From: Candidatus Binataceae bacterium
GTDB lineage: Bacteria > Desulfobacterota > Binatia > Binatales > Binataceae
Reading direction: 5' to 3'
Assembly (NCBI GenBank): GCA_035308025.1
Contig: DATGHL010000030.1
Location: 52,946 to 116,945, forward strand
Length of the DNA stretch: 64,000 bases
Of this stretch, positions 39,646 to 53,888 are shown in pieces (the first letter of the stretch is position 1; the number at the start of each line of letters is the position of its first letter). The notes under the pieces are model-generated. The model worked only from the letters and a program-made list of their open reading frames with translations. It did no database searches and was not told the origin of the DNA. Made by a program: the position numbers and the translations under genes.

Positions 39646-40401
39646 ATGCCGGCCGAAGAATCCAGTCCTGCGATCGTGCTGCGCGCGCGCGACTACTCGG
39701 AATCCGATCGCATCGTGACGTTGCTGACGCGGGACTTCGGCAAACTCGGCGGCATCGCGAAGGGCGCGAAGGCCTCGCGCCGCCGCTTCGAGCGTAAACT
39801 CGAGCCTTTTTCGTGCGTGACGCTGTTCTTTCGGCGTCGCCCCCTCGGCCAACTGGTCTTTATCACCCGCGCGGAGCCCGGACCGATGCCGCAGCCGGTC
39901 CTCGAGGACGATCTCAGAAAAATCGCGCTTGGCAGCTACATGGTTGAACTTGCCGACGCGCTGACGCGCGAGGAAGCCGACGCCGCGGCGGCATACAACG
40001 TCCTCGCGGCGGGCCTCGCGGTCCTCGGACGTGGACCGGCGACGGCCGCGCTGCGCTCAGCTTATGACATGAAGATGCTGCGTGCGGCGGGGTTCGGCCT
40101 CGAATTCGACAATTGCCGCATCTGCCGAAGCCGCGTCGGTATCGACGCTGCCGCGGCGTATTTCGTCATCTCGCGCGGCGGCATCGTCTGTATGCGATGC
40201 CGTTCGGAAGCGCCCCAGGGCGCCGTCCGACTCGATGCGTCTGGGGTCTTGGCCTTGTCGAAGCTCGGCGGCGTCGAACTCGGCGAGGCGGCTGACCTCC
40301 CCTCGGCCGGCGCCGCGGCGGGCCGCGTGCTCACGCAGTTCCTGGGCGACCTGCTCGATCGCAAGCTGCGCTCGGTGGAGTTTCTCGATTCGGTCCTTTA
40401 G
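39646..40401 (+). CDS. recO: DNA repair protein RecO
   Basis: OB-fold N-terminus and a C-terminal zinc motif (CRIC...CMRC). Confidence 0.88.
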   Translation: MPAEESSPAIVLRARDYSESDRIVTLLTRDFGKLGGIAKGAKASRRRFERKLEPFSCVTLFFRRRPLGQLVFITRAEPGPMPQPVLEDDLRKIALGSYMVELADALTREEADAAAAYNVLAAGLAVLGRGPATAALRSAYDMKMLRAAGFGLEFDNCRICRSRVGIDAAAAYFVISRGGIVCMRCRSEAPQGAVRLDASGVLALSKLGGVELGEAADLPSAGAAAGRVLTQFLGDLLDRKLRSVEFLDSVL

Positions 40402-40633
40402 TCATTACTCAGTCACTACTGGTCTTAAAGTCTTCGTAATTTGCGGCTATAACTATTTACCAATACTCAGCCGGAAGCTATATTTTTTCGACGGGAATAG
40501 CAGATTCAACAATCTTAGCTTATCACGAGCATCTATTTGATTGAATTAGGGCGTGGGTACGATAAATGCTGCGCCAGCCTTCAGCGATTATCTAATAAAA
40601 TAGAGGTTCGTCGCCAAGGAGGAGTTCTTCAGT

Positions 40634-41491
40634 ATGTATAAAACCCAATTACTTCGCTGCCTGATCCTCGGATCATTTTTTGTCATCAGTGGCGCGATGC
40701 TCGCGCGCTCGGCCTCGGCTCAGAGCAGCCTCGATCCGGGGCTGGCATTCGCCGCGGTCTCAGATTCGCAGGTGAAGTTGGACAAGAATGCTTCCATCGG
40801 GGGCGCCACCGGTGCGCTCGGCGACCTGATTCTGGGCGAGAGCGCGAGCGTCAGCGGCAACGGCACCTCTCTCGGTAACAAGATCAAGCTTTCCAGGCTC
40901 GCCGTCGTCAGCGGCATCTGTGAGACGACCGGAGGCAAAGTAACGCTTGGCAAAAACGCGACGTGCACCGGTGGTGTTGATACTGCCGGAATCAATCCCG
41001 CGATTGTCCCATTACAAACCTTCTCCACCAGCGGAGCGAAGGCCTGTCCGCCTGGTGGCGTCAGCGAAGGAGCGTTGACTCTCGACAGAAACGGCGCCGC
41101 CACGCTGACCGCGGTGAGCGGTTTCAACGAGTTTGATTACACGAACATCACGCTGAAAAAGAATGCTTTTCTAACCGTTTCCGGCCCCGCGGATGCGTTA
41201 GTGGTAATCAAGGATTCAGGCTCGCTGACTTTGGACAAAGGCGCGGCGATAGCAGTAGGTTCCGGCGGCTTAACGCCGTCGAACCTTCTCATTCTGGTGA
41301 ACACGGCGAAATCCTCCGCCAATAGCATCGTCAGCGGGTCTCTGGTTTCCGCAGGCGTCTGCAATCTCAAGGGTAACTCGTTCATCAACGGCCAGCTAGT
41401 TTGTGGGGGCAAAGTGACACTTGGCGCCAAGGGGAACGTGAGCGGTGGCAAGTTAAATGAGCAAGTGGCGACGGATGTTACCTGCCCATAA
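40634..41491 (+). CDS. Secreted Gly/Ser/Thr-rich beta-solenoid-like protein (hypothetical)
   Basis: Signal peptide, strong SD (aaggagg), and repetitive GxxxLG..A.VSG segments. It is preceded by a 230-bp AT-rich region. Confidence 0.55.
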   Translation: MYKTQLLRCLILGSFFVISGAMLARSASAQSSLDPGLAFAAVSDSQVKLDKNASIGGATGALGDLILGESASVSGNGTSLGNKIKLSRLAVVSGICETTGGKVTLGKNATCTGGVDTAGINPAIVPLQTFSTSGAKACPPGGVSEGALTLDRNGAATLTAVSGFNEFDYTNITLKKNAFLTVSGPADALVVIKDSGSLTLDKGAAIAVGSGGLTPSNLLILVNTAKSSANSIVSGSLVSAGVCNLKGNSFINGQLVCGGKVTLGAKGNVSGGKLNEQVATDVTCP

Positions 41492-41529
41492 CCCTGTACG
41501 CCCCTCGCCGCTGTGGCTAAAATTGCTCT

Positions 41530-42711
41530 ATGGACTTCAACTACAGCGCCGAGGATGAAACTTTCCGAGCCGAGTTTCGCGCCTGGCTCGCAGTCAACCG
41601 GGAATATGCGACGCCGGCGCGCGAGCCGCTGGCCGACGAACTCGAGGGCGACTGGGACGCGCGCGTAAGCTGGCATCGCCGGCTCCATCAGGGCGGCTGG
41701 ATGGGAATCCATTGGCCGCGGGAATACGGCGGACGCGGCGCGACTCTCTTGCAAAATGTCATTTACCAACAGGAGCTGGAGCGAGCCGGCGCGGCGATGC
41801 CCTTCACCGGCTTCGGCATCTCACTGCTTGGACCGACCCTGATTCACTGGGGCACCGACGAGCAGAAACGCCGTCATCTGCCGAAAATCCTCGGCGGCGA
41901 GGAATTCTGGTGCCAAGGTTACTCGGAACCCAACTCGGGCTCTGACTTGGCGTCGCTGCAAACCCGCGCGGTCGAGGACGGCGATTATTTCGTGGTCAAC
42001 GGCGCAAAAATCTGGACCTCGGCGGCACAGCACGCCGATTGGATTTTTCTGCTCGTCCGCACCGATCCGGCCGCGCCCAAGCACAAGGGGATAAGCTATC
42101 TGCTGGTCGATATGAAGACACCCGGCATCGTCGTGCGGCCACTCGTGCAGATGACCGGAGCGCGCGGTTTCAACCAGGTCTTTTTCGAAGATGTGCGCGT
42201 GCCGCGCAAGAACCTCGTGGGCGAAAAAAATCAGGGATGGCAGGTGGCCATCACCACTCTGATGTTCGAGCGATCGATGGGCCATGATCGCGGCCTGCTG
42301 CAACAGATTCGCGAACTCGCGACGCTCGCGCAGGGGATTCCGCGCAACGGCGCGTCGGCGTGGGACGACGCCGAGGTGCGCCAGCGCCTCGCGAAACTCG
42401 AAGCCGAGGGCGAGGCGATCAAGTACACGGGCTTCAGGCAGTTGACGCGCCAGCTCAAGGGACTGCCGCCGGGCGCGGAGAGCTCGATGCTCAAGTTGTG
42501 CGGGACCGAGTTGGCGTTGAAAATCGCGCTATTCGCGATGGAGTTGCTGGGTCCGTATAGCCAGCTCGAGCCGAACTCCGCCCATGCGCTTGATGCGGGC
42601 AAATGGTCGCAGCGGATGCTCGCCGCGCGCGGCCCGACAATCTATACCGGGACCAACCAGATTCAGCGCAATATCATCGGCGAACGCGTTCTCGGCCTGC
42701 CCAAAGGTTAA
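41530..42711 (+). CDS. Acyl-CoA dehydrogenase family protein (paralog of 19416-20603)
   Basis: 393 aa, collinear with and about 65% identical by eye to the first ACAD. Confidence 0.9.
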   Translation: MDFNYSAEDETFRAEFRAWLAVNREYATPAREPLADELEGDWDARVSWHRRLHQGGWMGIHWPREYGGRGATLLQNVIYQQELERAGAAMPFTGFGISLLGPTLIHWGTDEQKRRHLPKILGGEEFWCQGYSEPNSGSDLASLQTRAVEDGDYFVVNGAKIWTSAAQHADWIFLLVRTDPAAPKHKGISYLLVDMKTPGIVVRPLVQMTGARGFNQVFFEDVRVPRKNLVGEKNQGWQVAITTLMFERSMGHDRGLLQQIRELATLAQGIPRNGASAWDDAEVRQRLAKLEAEGEAIKYTGFRQLTRQLKGLPPGAESSMLKLCGTELALKIALFAMELLGPYSQLEPNSAHALDAGKWSQRMLAARGPTIYTGTNQIQRNIIGERVLGLPKG

Positions 42712-42730
42712 ACGAGTCCCGGGTGGAAAT

Positions 42731-42830
42731 CCGGGATTCTTCGCTTCGCTCAGAATGACAAAAATGGCTTAGTTTTAGTGAAAGTTGCTATGTCATTCTG
42801 AGCGAAGGCTGCCGGAGCGAAGAATCCCGG
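42731..42830. repeat. Imperfect palindromic repeat element (two 15-bp arm pairs around a 30-nt loop)
   Basis: ccgggattcttcgct...tcgctcagaatgaca // tgtcattctgagcga...agcgaagaatcccgg. It lies between the convergent ACAD and NUDIX genes and may act as a bidirectional terminator. Confidence 0.6.
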
Positions 42831-42905
42831 ATTACATACCGGGCTGACTCCGTTCAGGACGAAAAACTCCGCTGGTACGAAGGTTTCCGGTCAGGCGCCG
42901 GAGGC

Positions 42906-43430
42906 TCAGTTCCGCGCGGCGCGCGGGCTCGGCGCAGGTAGCAGGATTTTTTTTGCCTTCGCGATCAGGTTGCGTTCGCTCTTGTGACTGGCGCGGCTGA
43001 ACGCGGCGTCGATGGGCCGCCAGACGACTTCTTCGATTTCGTGGTCATGCGCCGACGGATCGCCGCCAACGGGTCGCATCAGGTAGAAGTGCACGCGCTT
43101 GAAGATGCGCACGGCGCGATCCGACGGATGGGTCCGCCATGAATAGAGGTAGGCGACCTGACCGAGGGGTCCATCGGCAACGACCTTGAGCCCAGTCTCT
43201 TCGTTGGCTTCGCGCAGCGCTGCATCCAGCAGTGTCTCCCCGGCTTCGACGTGGCCCTTGGGCAGCACCCAGGTTCCTTTGCCGGCCGGGCGGACTAACA
43301 CCACCTCGACCGTACCGTCGTCGGCGCGCCGCCAGATGAGCCCGCCCGCTGACAGCTCGCGCCGCACCTCAAGCGGTTGCTTGCTTTTGACGGGCGTCGG
43401 GGTGCGGGCCTTCTTGCAAGTTGGTGGCAT
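42906..43430 (-). CDS. NUDIX hydrolase
   Basis: Nudix box GHVEAGETLLDAALREANEETG. The ORF extends 5' into recG, but the start at 43430 avoids the overlap. Confidence 0.8.
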   Translation of the reverse strand: MPPTCKKARTPTPVKSKQPLEVRRELSAGGLIWRRADDGTVEVVLVRPAGKGTWVLPKGHVEAGETLLDAALREANEETGLKVVADGPLGQVAYLYSWRTHPSDRAVRIFKRVHFYLMRPVGGDPSAHDHEIEEVVWRPIDAAFSRASHKSERNLIAKAKKILLPAPSPRAARN

Positions 43431-45594
43431 CGGTGAACGCGTGCGATCGTCTCGCTCTAGCCTATATCGGCGAAGCTCACGCCCAAAGCGAGCAGTTCGT
43501 TGATCGCCGCGACGGCACGAGCTGAAGCCGCGGTTGTCAAGGCCGGGTCGCGTCGCAGCCATTCCTCGGCGAGGTCGCCAGCGCGCTCGATGAGACGCAG
43601 ATCGCGAATAAAGCGGCCGAACCTGAGCGGCAGGACGCCGGTCTGCCGCAGGCCAAACAGATCGCCCGGGCCGCGCAGGCGCAAATCCAGCTCGGCGACT
43701 TCGTCGCCGCTGGAACTTTGCGTCAAGGCCGCGAGGCGCTCCCGGGCCGGCCCGCGCGCGCCGCGCGAGAGGATCAGGCAGCATCGCGAGGCAACCGCGC
43801 CCCGCCCGACCCGGCCGCGCAACTGATGGAGCTGCGCGAGACCGTAGCGCTCAGCCGCCGCGATGACGATGATCGTGGCTGCGGGAACATCGACTCCGAC
43901 CTCGACCACCGTGGTCGCCACCAGCACGTTGATTTCGCCGTCGCGGAACTGGCGCATCACGCGATCCTTTTCCGCCGGACGCATCCGTCCGTGCATCACG
44001 CCGATTCCGAACTTGCCAAAGCGCCCGGCCAACCGCTTTGCTGCCGTCGCTACGGACGTGGCGTCATCGTCTTCCTCATCATCGTCGATCAGCGGAAATA
44101 CATAGTAGGCGCGCCGGCCCTGTTCAAGTTCCACGCGCACCAGACGATCAACCTCGGCGCTCTCGTCCTCGGTAAATATGGTAGTCGCAACCGGCACGCG
44201 GCCCGCCGGCAATTCGTCGAGGCGCGATACTTCGAGACTGCGCAAGAGCGCCAGCGCGAGGCTGCGCGGAATCGGCGTCGCGGTCATCAGCAGGACGTTG
44301 GCCTCGGCGCCCAGCGCCAGCAGCCGCGCGCGATCGAGCACGCCGAACCGATGCTGCTCATCGATGATCGCGAGGCCCAGCCGCCCGATTCGCACATTCT
44401 CCTGAAACAGCGCGTGGGTGCCGAACGCCACTGCGATGTCGCCGCGGCCGAGAGCGCGGAGGATTCGCGCCCTCTCGGCGCCGCTCAGCCGGCTCGTCAC
44501 CAGTACGCTGCTGACGCCGAGCGCGCCGCAGAGCGCTGTGAAATTGCGAAAATGTTGTTCGGCGAGCAGCTCCGTCGGGGCCATCATGACGGCTTGCCAG
44601 CCGGATTCGGTCGCACGCAGCATCGCGTGAAAGGCGACGAGAGTTTTACCGCTGCCGACATCGCCGATCAGCACGCGGTTCATTTGCGCGGGTCCCGCGA
44701 GGTCCGCGCTGATTTCAGCAATCGCCCCCCGTTGCGCATTCGTGAGCGAAAAAGGCAACGAGGCGATCAGCGCCCCACTCTGCTGGGGCTCGCCGTCGAG
44801 CGGCGCGCCGGCCCGCCGCAGACTGCGCGCGCGATCGCGAGTGAGCGCGAGCTGGAATGCGAACATCTCGTCGAGCGCAAGCGCCTGATGCGCGGGCGTC
44901 GCCGCGCCCTCAAGCACAGCCAGGTCGGCGTCGGGCGGCGGCTGATGGAGATACTTGAGCGCCTCGATTACACGCGGGAGCCCCGTCGTCGACGCTACAT
45001 CGGCCGGGATCGCGTCGAGCTGCGCGCGTTCCGCTTGCGCCAGGCCTTGCGCAACAATCGATGAGAACAGGCGCTGCGGGATCTCCGGCGGGAGGCTGTA
45101 CGCCGGACGAATCGCAGGCGGCGGCGAGGACTTGAGTCGATAGACTTCCGGATGAAGGATTTCGAGCGCCCCGCGCGATGCCGTCGTGACCCGTCCGCAA
45201 ATCAGCACTGTTTCACCGAGCGGCATCCGGCCGTCACCGTGGAGATTGAACCAGGCAACGGCCAGCGTTGCGCCTTCGGCGTCCTTGAGCGTCGCCGTCG
45301 TCAAGCGCCGCCAGCGCATCCCGCGCATCGGCCGGGTTTGCAGCTTATCGAGCGTGCCTTCGACAATTGCAGTTACGCCCGCACGCAGATCCGCGATGCG
45401 ATCGCGCCTGCGCAGATCGTCGTAGCGGCGCGGCAGATGATACAGGGCGTCGAGGAATGTACTGAGACCGCGCGCTTGCAGAATGGCGAGGCGCTTGGGG
45501 CCGACGCCGGCAACTTCGACCAGACTTGCCGCGAGCGCCGCGGACGGCTCGATGCCCGGTGCAGATTTCCCGCGTTCCGGATGGGCCGACTCGC

Positions 45595-48801
<3,207 letters not shown>

Positions 48802-48802
48802 G

Positions 48803-49993
48803 TCAGCCCGATACCGCCTCTGCGGCTGCGACGTGATCGAGCGCTTCGGCGCCGAAGCGCGGAAACGCCTCCACCAGGCGCCGGAAGCGCGCAAACAGGT
48901 GCGCCGAGTCGTGCGGCCCCGGCGAGGCTTCGGGATGATACTGCACGGAGAAAAATGGCGCCCCGATACCGCGCAAGCCCTCAACCGTGCGATCATTGAG
49001 ATTGAGATGCGAAAGCTCGGCGCGGCCGGCGACCGACTCGGCGTCGACGACGAAGCCGTGATTTTGTGACGTGATCTCGACGCGCCGCCTCCGCAAATCC
49101 ATCACCGGATGATTGGCGCCGTGATGGCCGAAGCCGAGCTTGTAGGTTTTGCCGCCGAGCGCCAGCCCGAGCAGCTGATGGCCCAGGCAGATGCCAAAGA
49201 TCGGCCGTTTACCAAGTACTCCTCGAATCGCCTCACAGGCATAGGGCACCGCCGCCGGATCGGCTGGCCCGTTCGACAGAAAAATTCCGTCAGGATTCGG
49301 CGCAAGAATCTCCTCCGCCGTTGCGGAAGCCGGCAGCACTTTCACACGAAAGCCGCTCGCGACCAGCCGCCGCAGGATGTTCCGCTTGATTCCGTAATCG
49401 AGGGCGACGACCAGCGGTGCGTCATCCTGCGCCGTTTGCGCAGACGCAGGATAGCCACGTCCCAGCTCCCAATCCCCAATCTCCCAGGAATAGGATTCGC
49501 TGCAAGTAACTTCCTTGACAAGGTCGCGGCCGATCAGGCCCGGCGACGCCTTCGCCCGTGCTACGAGCTCATCCGCATCAAGATTGACGCTTGAGATGAC
49601 CGCTTCCTGCGCCCCCGCGACGCGAATGTGGCGCACCAGTGCGCGCGTGTCGATCCCGTAGATCCCGACGACTCCCGCTCGTTCGAGATGTTCACCCAGC
49701 GCGCTCTCGGAACGCCAGTTCGACGGTCGATCGATATACTCTCGCACCACGAAGCCCTCGACGAAAACCCGTCGCGATTCGTCGTCTTCAGCGTTGATTC
49801 CGACATTGCCGATCTCAGGGTACGTCATGCAGACGATCTGGCCCTTGTAAGACGGATCGGTCAGTACTTCCTGGTAACCGGTCATCGCGGTGTTGAAGAC
49901 CACCTCGCCGACGGTCTCGCCGATCGCGCCAAAGGCGCGGCCGCGAAACACCCGGCCATCCGCAAGCGCCAAAATCGCCTCGCGCGCGCTCAT
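48803..49993 (-). CDS. carA: Carbamoyl-phosphate synthase small subunit (glutamine amidotransferase)
   Basis: 396 aa. CPSase small-chain N-domain plus a class-I GATase (GICLGHQ). Confidence 0.93.
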   Translation of the reverse strand: MSAREAILALADGRVFRGRAFGAIGETVGEVVFNTAMTGYQEVLTDPSYKGQIVCMTYPEIGNVGINAEDDESRRVFVEGFVVREYIDRPSNWRSESALGEHLERAGVVGIYGIDTRALVRHIRVAGAQEAVISSVNLDADELVARAKASPGLIGRDLVKEVTCSESYSWEIGDWELGRGYPASAQTAQDDAPLVVALDYGIKRNILRRLVASGFRVKVLPASATAEEILAPNPDGIFLSNGPADPAAVPYACEAIRGVLGKRPIFGICLGHQLLGLALGGKTYKLGFGHHGANHPVMDLRRRRVEITSQNHGFVVDAESVAGRAELSHLNLNDRTVEGLRGIGAPFFSVQYHPEASPGPHDSAHLFARFRRLVEAFPRFGAEALDHVAAAEAVSG

Positions 49994-51363
49994 CAGTGCA
50001 GCCTTCCCACGCGGGCGTCATAGACGATTTTGCCTTCGACGATGGACAGCATCGCCCTTCCCTTGAGCTCCCTTCCAGCAAACGGGGTGTTCCGACTGAG
50101 CGAGAGAAATTTACTCGGATCGACGATCCACGGGTAATTCGGATCGATTACAGTAACGTCACTGCGAGCGCCAGCCGTCAGCCTGCCCGCGCCCTCGAGG
50201 CGAAGCAAGCGCGCGGGATTCAGCGACATCATCTCGACCATCCGCTGCGGCGTGATTAAGCCTTCGTGGACCATCGCGAGCGCAAGCCCGAGCGCGGTTT
50301 CGAGACCGACCACGCCATTTGCAGCAGCCGCCAGGGCTTGCGCTTCATCGGACGACAACCGCCCCCCCCGACGGCTTGCACCAAAGAGCGGCCCCAAAAG
50401 ATTCAACCCCTTCGACATAGAATCGTGTGGCGCGTGATCAGTTGCGATCATGTCGATCGTGCCGTCCGCGATCGCCGCGCGTATCGCGTCACGATCGCGC
50501 CGGCTTCTGAGCGGGGGCGACATGCGCGCGTTTGCGCCGCACTCCAGCACCGCGTCGTCCTCTAGCATGAAATGATGCGGCGTGGCCTCGCAGGTCACGG
50601 CGAGGCCGCGTTGTCGCGCCTCGCGCACCGCCCGTACAGCCTCCGCGGTCGAAATGTGCGCGACATGAACCGGCGCTCTTGCACCCAGCGCGATCTCCAG
50701 ATCTCGCTCCACGCGCGCACTCTCGGCGCCAGACGGGATACCGCGGACACCGAGCCGACGGGCCGTCGCGCCCTCGTTCATGGCGCCATTCGCGGTCAGC
50801 GCGCGGTCTTCCTCGTGCAATGAGATCACAAAGCCCGATGCGGTGACGCTGCGCAGCGCGGTCGCCAGCAGCGCGGCATCGTCGATCGGGATGCCATCGT
50901 CCGAAAACAGCCGGGCGCCCGCCGCGGCCATCGCCGCGACGTCGATCAGTTCGCGTCCTGCGAGTCCCTTGGTCACCGCCGCGACCGGTACGAGGTGCGC
51001 CCCGCCCGCCTGCGCAGCGCGTTCGATCATGTAATGCGTAATTTCCGGGGTATCGTTGACCGGGGCCGTATTCGCCATCGCGGCGACGGTCGTAAAGCCG
51101 CCGGCCGCGGCGGCGCGCAAGCCGCTGAAAATTGTCTCCTTCTCCGGATTACCCGGATCGCGCAGATGAACATGCGGATCAATCAGACCCGGCACGACCC
51201 AACACCCCGCACACTCGATCGTCGTTACGGGTTCCTGCCCCGGCCATCGCGCGATCACTTCCGCAGATGCGATTCGACCGTCGAGCAACAGAAGATCGGC
51301 GACGCCGTCGAAACCACCTGCAGGATCAATAACCCGCCCGCCCTTGAGGAAAATTCCGCTCAT
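49993..51363 (-). CDS. pyrC: Dihydroorotase (amidohydrolase, type I-like)
   Basis: 456 aa. [14 protein letters not shown] metal-binding motif. Confidence 0.88.
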   Translation of the reverse strand: MSGIFLKGGRVIDPAGGFDGVADLLLLDGRIASAEVIARWPGQEPVTTIECAGCWVVPGLIDPHVHLRDPGNPEKETIFSGLRAAAAGGFTTVAAMANTAPVNDTPEITHYMIERAAQAGGAHLVPVAAVTKGLAGRELIDVAAMAAAGARLFSDDGIPIDDAALLATALRSVTASGFVISLHEEDRALTANGAMNEGATARRLGVRGIPSGAESARVERDLEIALGARAPVHVAHISTAEAVRAVREARQRGLAVTCEATPHHFMLEDDAVLECGANARMSPPLRSRRDRDAIRAAIADGTIDMIATDHAPHDSMSKGLNLLGPLFGASRRGGRLSSDEAQALAAAANGVVGLETALGLALAMVHEGLITPQRMVEMMSLNPARLLRLEGAGRLTAGARSDVTVIDPNYPWIVDPSKFLSLSRNTPFAGRELKGRAMLSIVEGKIVYDARVGRLH

Positions 51364-53300
51364 CGCACCGCGCGCGCCTCAGTAAAAGGCTCGACCATCG
51401 AGTAAATCACCACGCGATCGGCGAGTTTGCGGCCGTCAGCGCCCGCGGCTTTAAGGCGCACCTGGACGCGCTCGGTCTGCGCAGTCGGGATACTTTTGCC
51501 GATATAATTCGGCCGGATCGGCACTGCGCGATGGCCCCGATCGATCAGCACCGCGAGCTGCACCGACGCCGGACGCCCGTGCCGCCATAACGCCGTCATC
51601 GCGCGTTGCACGGTCCAGCCGCTGTTAATCACGTCGTCAACCAGGACGATCGCGCGGCCATCGACGATAAACCTCCCCCCGCTATCCTCGATTCGGCGCA
51701 AACCGGCGTCGCTCGCATAGACGTCCACCGCGGCGCAGGCCGGGCGCACGCCGGTGCGGGCTTGCACGAGCTCCCGCAATCTCATCGCAAGAATTGCCCC
51801 GCGGCTGATCACGCCGACGATCGCGAGCTGCGCCGGGTCCGCCACGCCGGCCACGATCTGATCCGCCATGGTCTGACAGGCTTGTTCGATTTCGGCCGCG
51901 TTCATCAGCTCGCGCTGCGGGCCTCGCTTGTAAGGCTCGTAGCCTCGCTCCTCCGCCTCTTTAACGGTCTCGAAAACCGCCAGGGAGCCCTCTGCGATCC
52001 ACTGCTGCACGTAGCCGTAGAGATTCTCGTCAAAATGATAGTACCGATGCGCCGTGGCATGGCCGACGTACTCGGCGCGCAGCTCGCGTTCGCAGAGGTC
52101 GCAGCGGATCGCCAATACCGAACGATCAGCCGCTCGCGCCAGTCGGAAGCGCGGAGAAAGATAAGCGGGTTCGTGCCGCGAAATGCAGCCGGCGTTAACG
52201 CAGCGCGGCGCCGCTTCGTGCTTGAACGCGATCAAGGTTTCACGCGCCGCCGGCGGGCGCTCGCGTTGCGCGGTCTCGAGCATCCAGACGATCAGCGCCA
52301 TCCGCACCGGAACCCCGGCCGCAGCCTGCTCGAAATAAATTGCGCGCGGATCCTTGTCGAACTCATAGGCGAGTTCGTCGGTCCGCGGCAGCGGATGCAG
52401 CACGACGGCCTCCTGCGCACGGCTGCTCCGCAGCGCCCGCGCGTCGAAGTGTACGTAAGCTCCCGCAGCGTCGTCCTTGTCCGCGAAACGCTCGCGCTGG
52501 AGCCGCGTGACGTAAAAGGCGTCGAGCGCTGTCGGCGCCGCTACGGAAACTTTCACCAACAGGTCGTCACCGGTAAACAACGCCATCTGATGAGGCCCGC
52601 TGGGTGTGAGGTACAGGGCGTCGAGCGCCCCGGATTTAGAGCGGAGCTCGTCGAACGTGATCGAAGAGGGTGCGTAATCGTGCTCCGCCGCGATCCGTTC
52701 CAGCACGTATTCCGGCACCCCCATCCCGCCGTAAGGCACCGTCACGATATTCGCGCCGAAGCGGGCGAGTGCATAAATCAACGAGTGGACGGTGCGGCCG
52801 AATTTCAGGTCACCGCAAATCGCGACGGTCAGTCCTTTGAGGCGGCCCTTTTTGCGCCGCAGGATATAGAGATCGCACAGCGTCTGCGTCGGATGCTCGC
52901 GGCTGCCGTCGCCCGCGTTAATCACCGGCGCCGCAGCGTATTCCGCCGCCACTCGCGCCGCGCCGTCATTCGGATGGCGCACCACCAACAGGTCGGCGTA
53001 CGCCGACACGACGCGCACCGTGTCCGCGAGGCTCTCGCCCTTCGCCGCCGACGACGCGTGCATATCCGCCGAACTGATTACCGCGCCGCCCAGGCGATGC
53101 ATCGCGGACTCGAAGCTCAGGCGCGTGCGCGTTGACGGCTCATAAAACAGCGTCGCCATGACCAGACCGCTGGCTAGCGTCAGGTTTTGCCCGCGTTCGA
53201 GCGCCGCGGCAAACGTATCCGCGAGTGTGAAGATGCGCTCGATCTCGCCGATCGAAAGATCTTCAATCGAGACCAGATCGTATTTCGGGATACGCGGCAT
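51360..53300 (-). CDS. pyrB: Aspartate carbamoyltransferase catalytic chain fused to a PyrI-type zinc domain and a PyrR-like phosphoribosyltransferase domain
   Basis: 646 aa in one frame. Residues 1-~345 carry the ATCase motifs STRTR, HPTQ and HPLP. Residues ~350-~460 carry CVNAGCISRHEP...RCDLCERE, matching the PyrI zinc domain. Residues ~465-646 form a PRTase domain (VLVDDVINSGWT...LAVLIDRGHRAVPIRPNYIGK) about 40% identical to the adjacent PyrR. Confidence 0.8.
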   Translation of the reverse strand: MPRIPKYDLVSIEDLSIGEIERIFTLADTFAAALERGQNLTLASGLVMATLFYEPSTRTRLSFESAMHRLGGAVISSADMHASSAAKGESLADTVRVVSAYADLLVVRHPNDGAARVAAEYAAAPVINAGDGSREHPTQTLCDLYILRRKKGRLKGLTVAICGDLKFGRTVHSLIYALARFGANIVTVPYGGMGVPEYVLERIAAEHDYAPSSITFDELRSKSGALDALYLTPSGPHQMALFTGDDLLVKVSVAAPTALDAFYVTRLQRERFADKDDAAGAYVHFDARALRSSRAQEAVVLHPLPRTDELAYEFDKDPRAIYFEQAAAGVPVRMALIVWMLETAQRERPPAARETLIAFKHEAAPRCVNAGCISRHEPAYLSPRFRLARAADRSVLAIRCDLCERELRAEYVGHATAHRYYHFDENLYGYVQQWIAEGSLAVFETVKEAEERGYEPYKRGPQRELMNAAEIEQACQTMADQIVAGVADPAQLAIVGVISRGAILAMRLRELVQARTGVRPACAAVDVYASDAGLRRIEDSGGRFIVDGRAIVLVDDVINSGWTVQRAMTALWRHGRPASVQLAVLIDRGHRAVPIRPNYIGKSIPTAQTERVQVRLKAAGADGRKLADRVVIYSMVEPFTEARAVR

Positions 53301-53303
53301 CGA

Positions 53304-53852
53304 CTAAGCCGCCTTCCGTCCGCCGATCACGACCGCGTCCACGCCGTCAATTTCATTCAGCCGGACGTACACGCGCTGACCCTGCGGCGCCGCGATATTC
53401 TTGCCGACGTAGTCCGCGCGAATCGGCACTTCGTGTTCACCGCGATCGATTAGAACCGCGAGCTCGATCGCTTCCGGGCGTCCCAAGTCAGCCAGCGCCG
53501 TCAGCGCCGCGCGCACCGTTCGCCCGGTATACAGCACGTCATCGACCAGGATCACGCGCCGCCCTTCGAGTTGAAACGGCACGTCGCGCCCGATCAATCG
53601 TGGATCGCCCGCAGCGCCGCGACCGTCGTCGCGATAGGATGAAATGTCGAGAGTGCCGACCGGAATTCGCCCCGCCCCGATCTGCGCGAGCGCCTCGGCG
53701 ATCCGGCCCGCCAGCTTGGCGCCCCGCCGCACTATTCCGACGAGTACGATCCGCTCCTGCGCAGTGTTGCGCTCCGCGATTTCGTGCGCGATCCGCCGCA
53801 CCGCGCGCGCGACCGCCTCGCCGTCCATCGCCGTAGCCGCGAAGGCGCTCAC
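53304..53852 (-). CDS. pyrR: Bifunctional pyrimidine operon regulator/uracil phosphoribosyltransferase PyrR
   Basis: 182 aa. VILVDDVLYTGRTVRAAL...LAVLIDRGEHEVPIRADYVGKN. Confidence 0.9.
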   Translation of the reverse strand: MSAFAATAMDGEAVARAVRRIAHEIAERNTAQERIVLVGIVRRGAKLAGRIAEALAQIGAGRIPVGTLDISSYRDDGRGAAGDPRLIGRDVPFQLEGRRVILVDDVLYTGRTVRAALTALADLGRPEAIELAVLIDRGEHEVPIRADYVGKNIAAPQGQRVYVRLNEIDGVDAVVIGGRKAA

Positions 53853-53888
53853 GCGCGACTCCCGGCTTCGGCCCTCGAGGGCTTCTTC

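Noticed and set aside
43431-43784. N-terminal 118-aa extension of the NUDIX ORF
   Set aside because: It overlaps the 3' end of recG and is Arg-rich low complexity. The Nudix fold needs only about 150 aa, starting at the Met at 43430.
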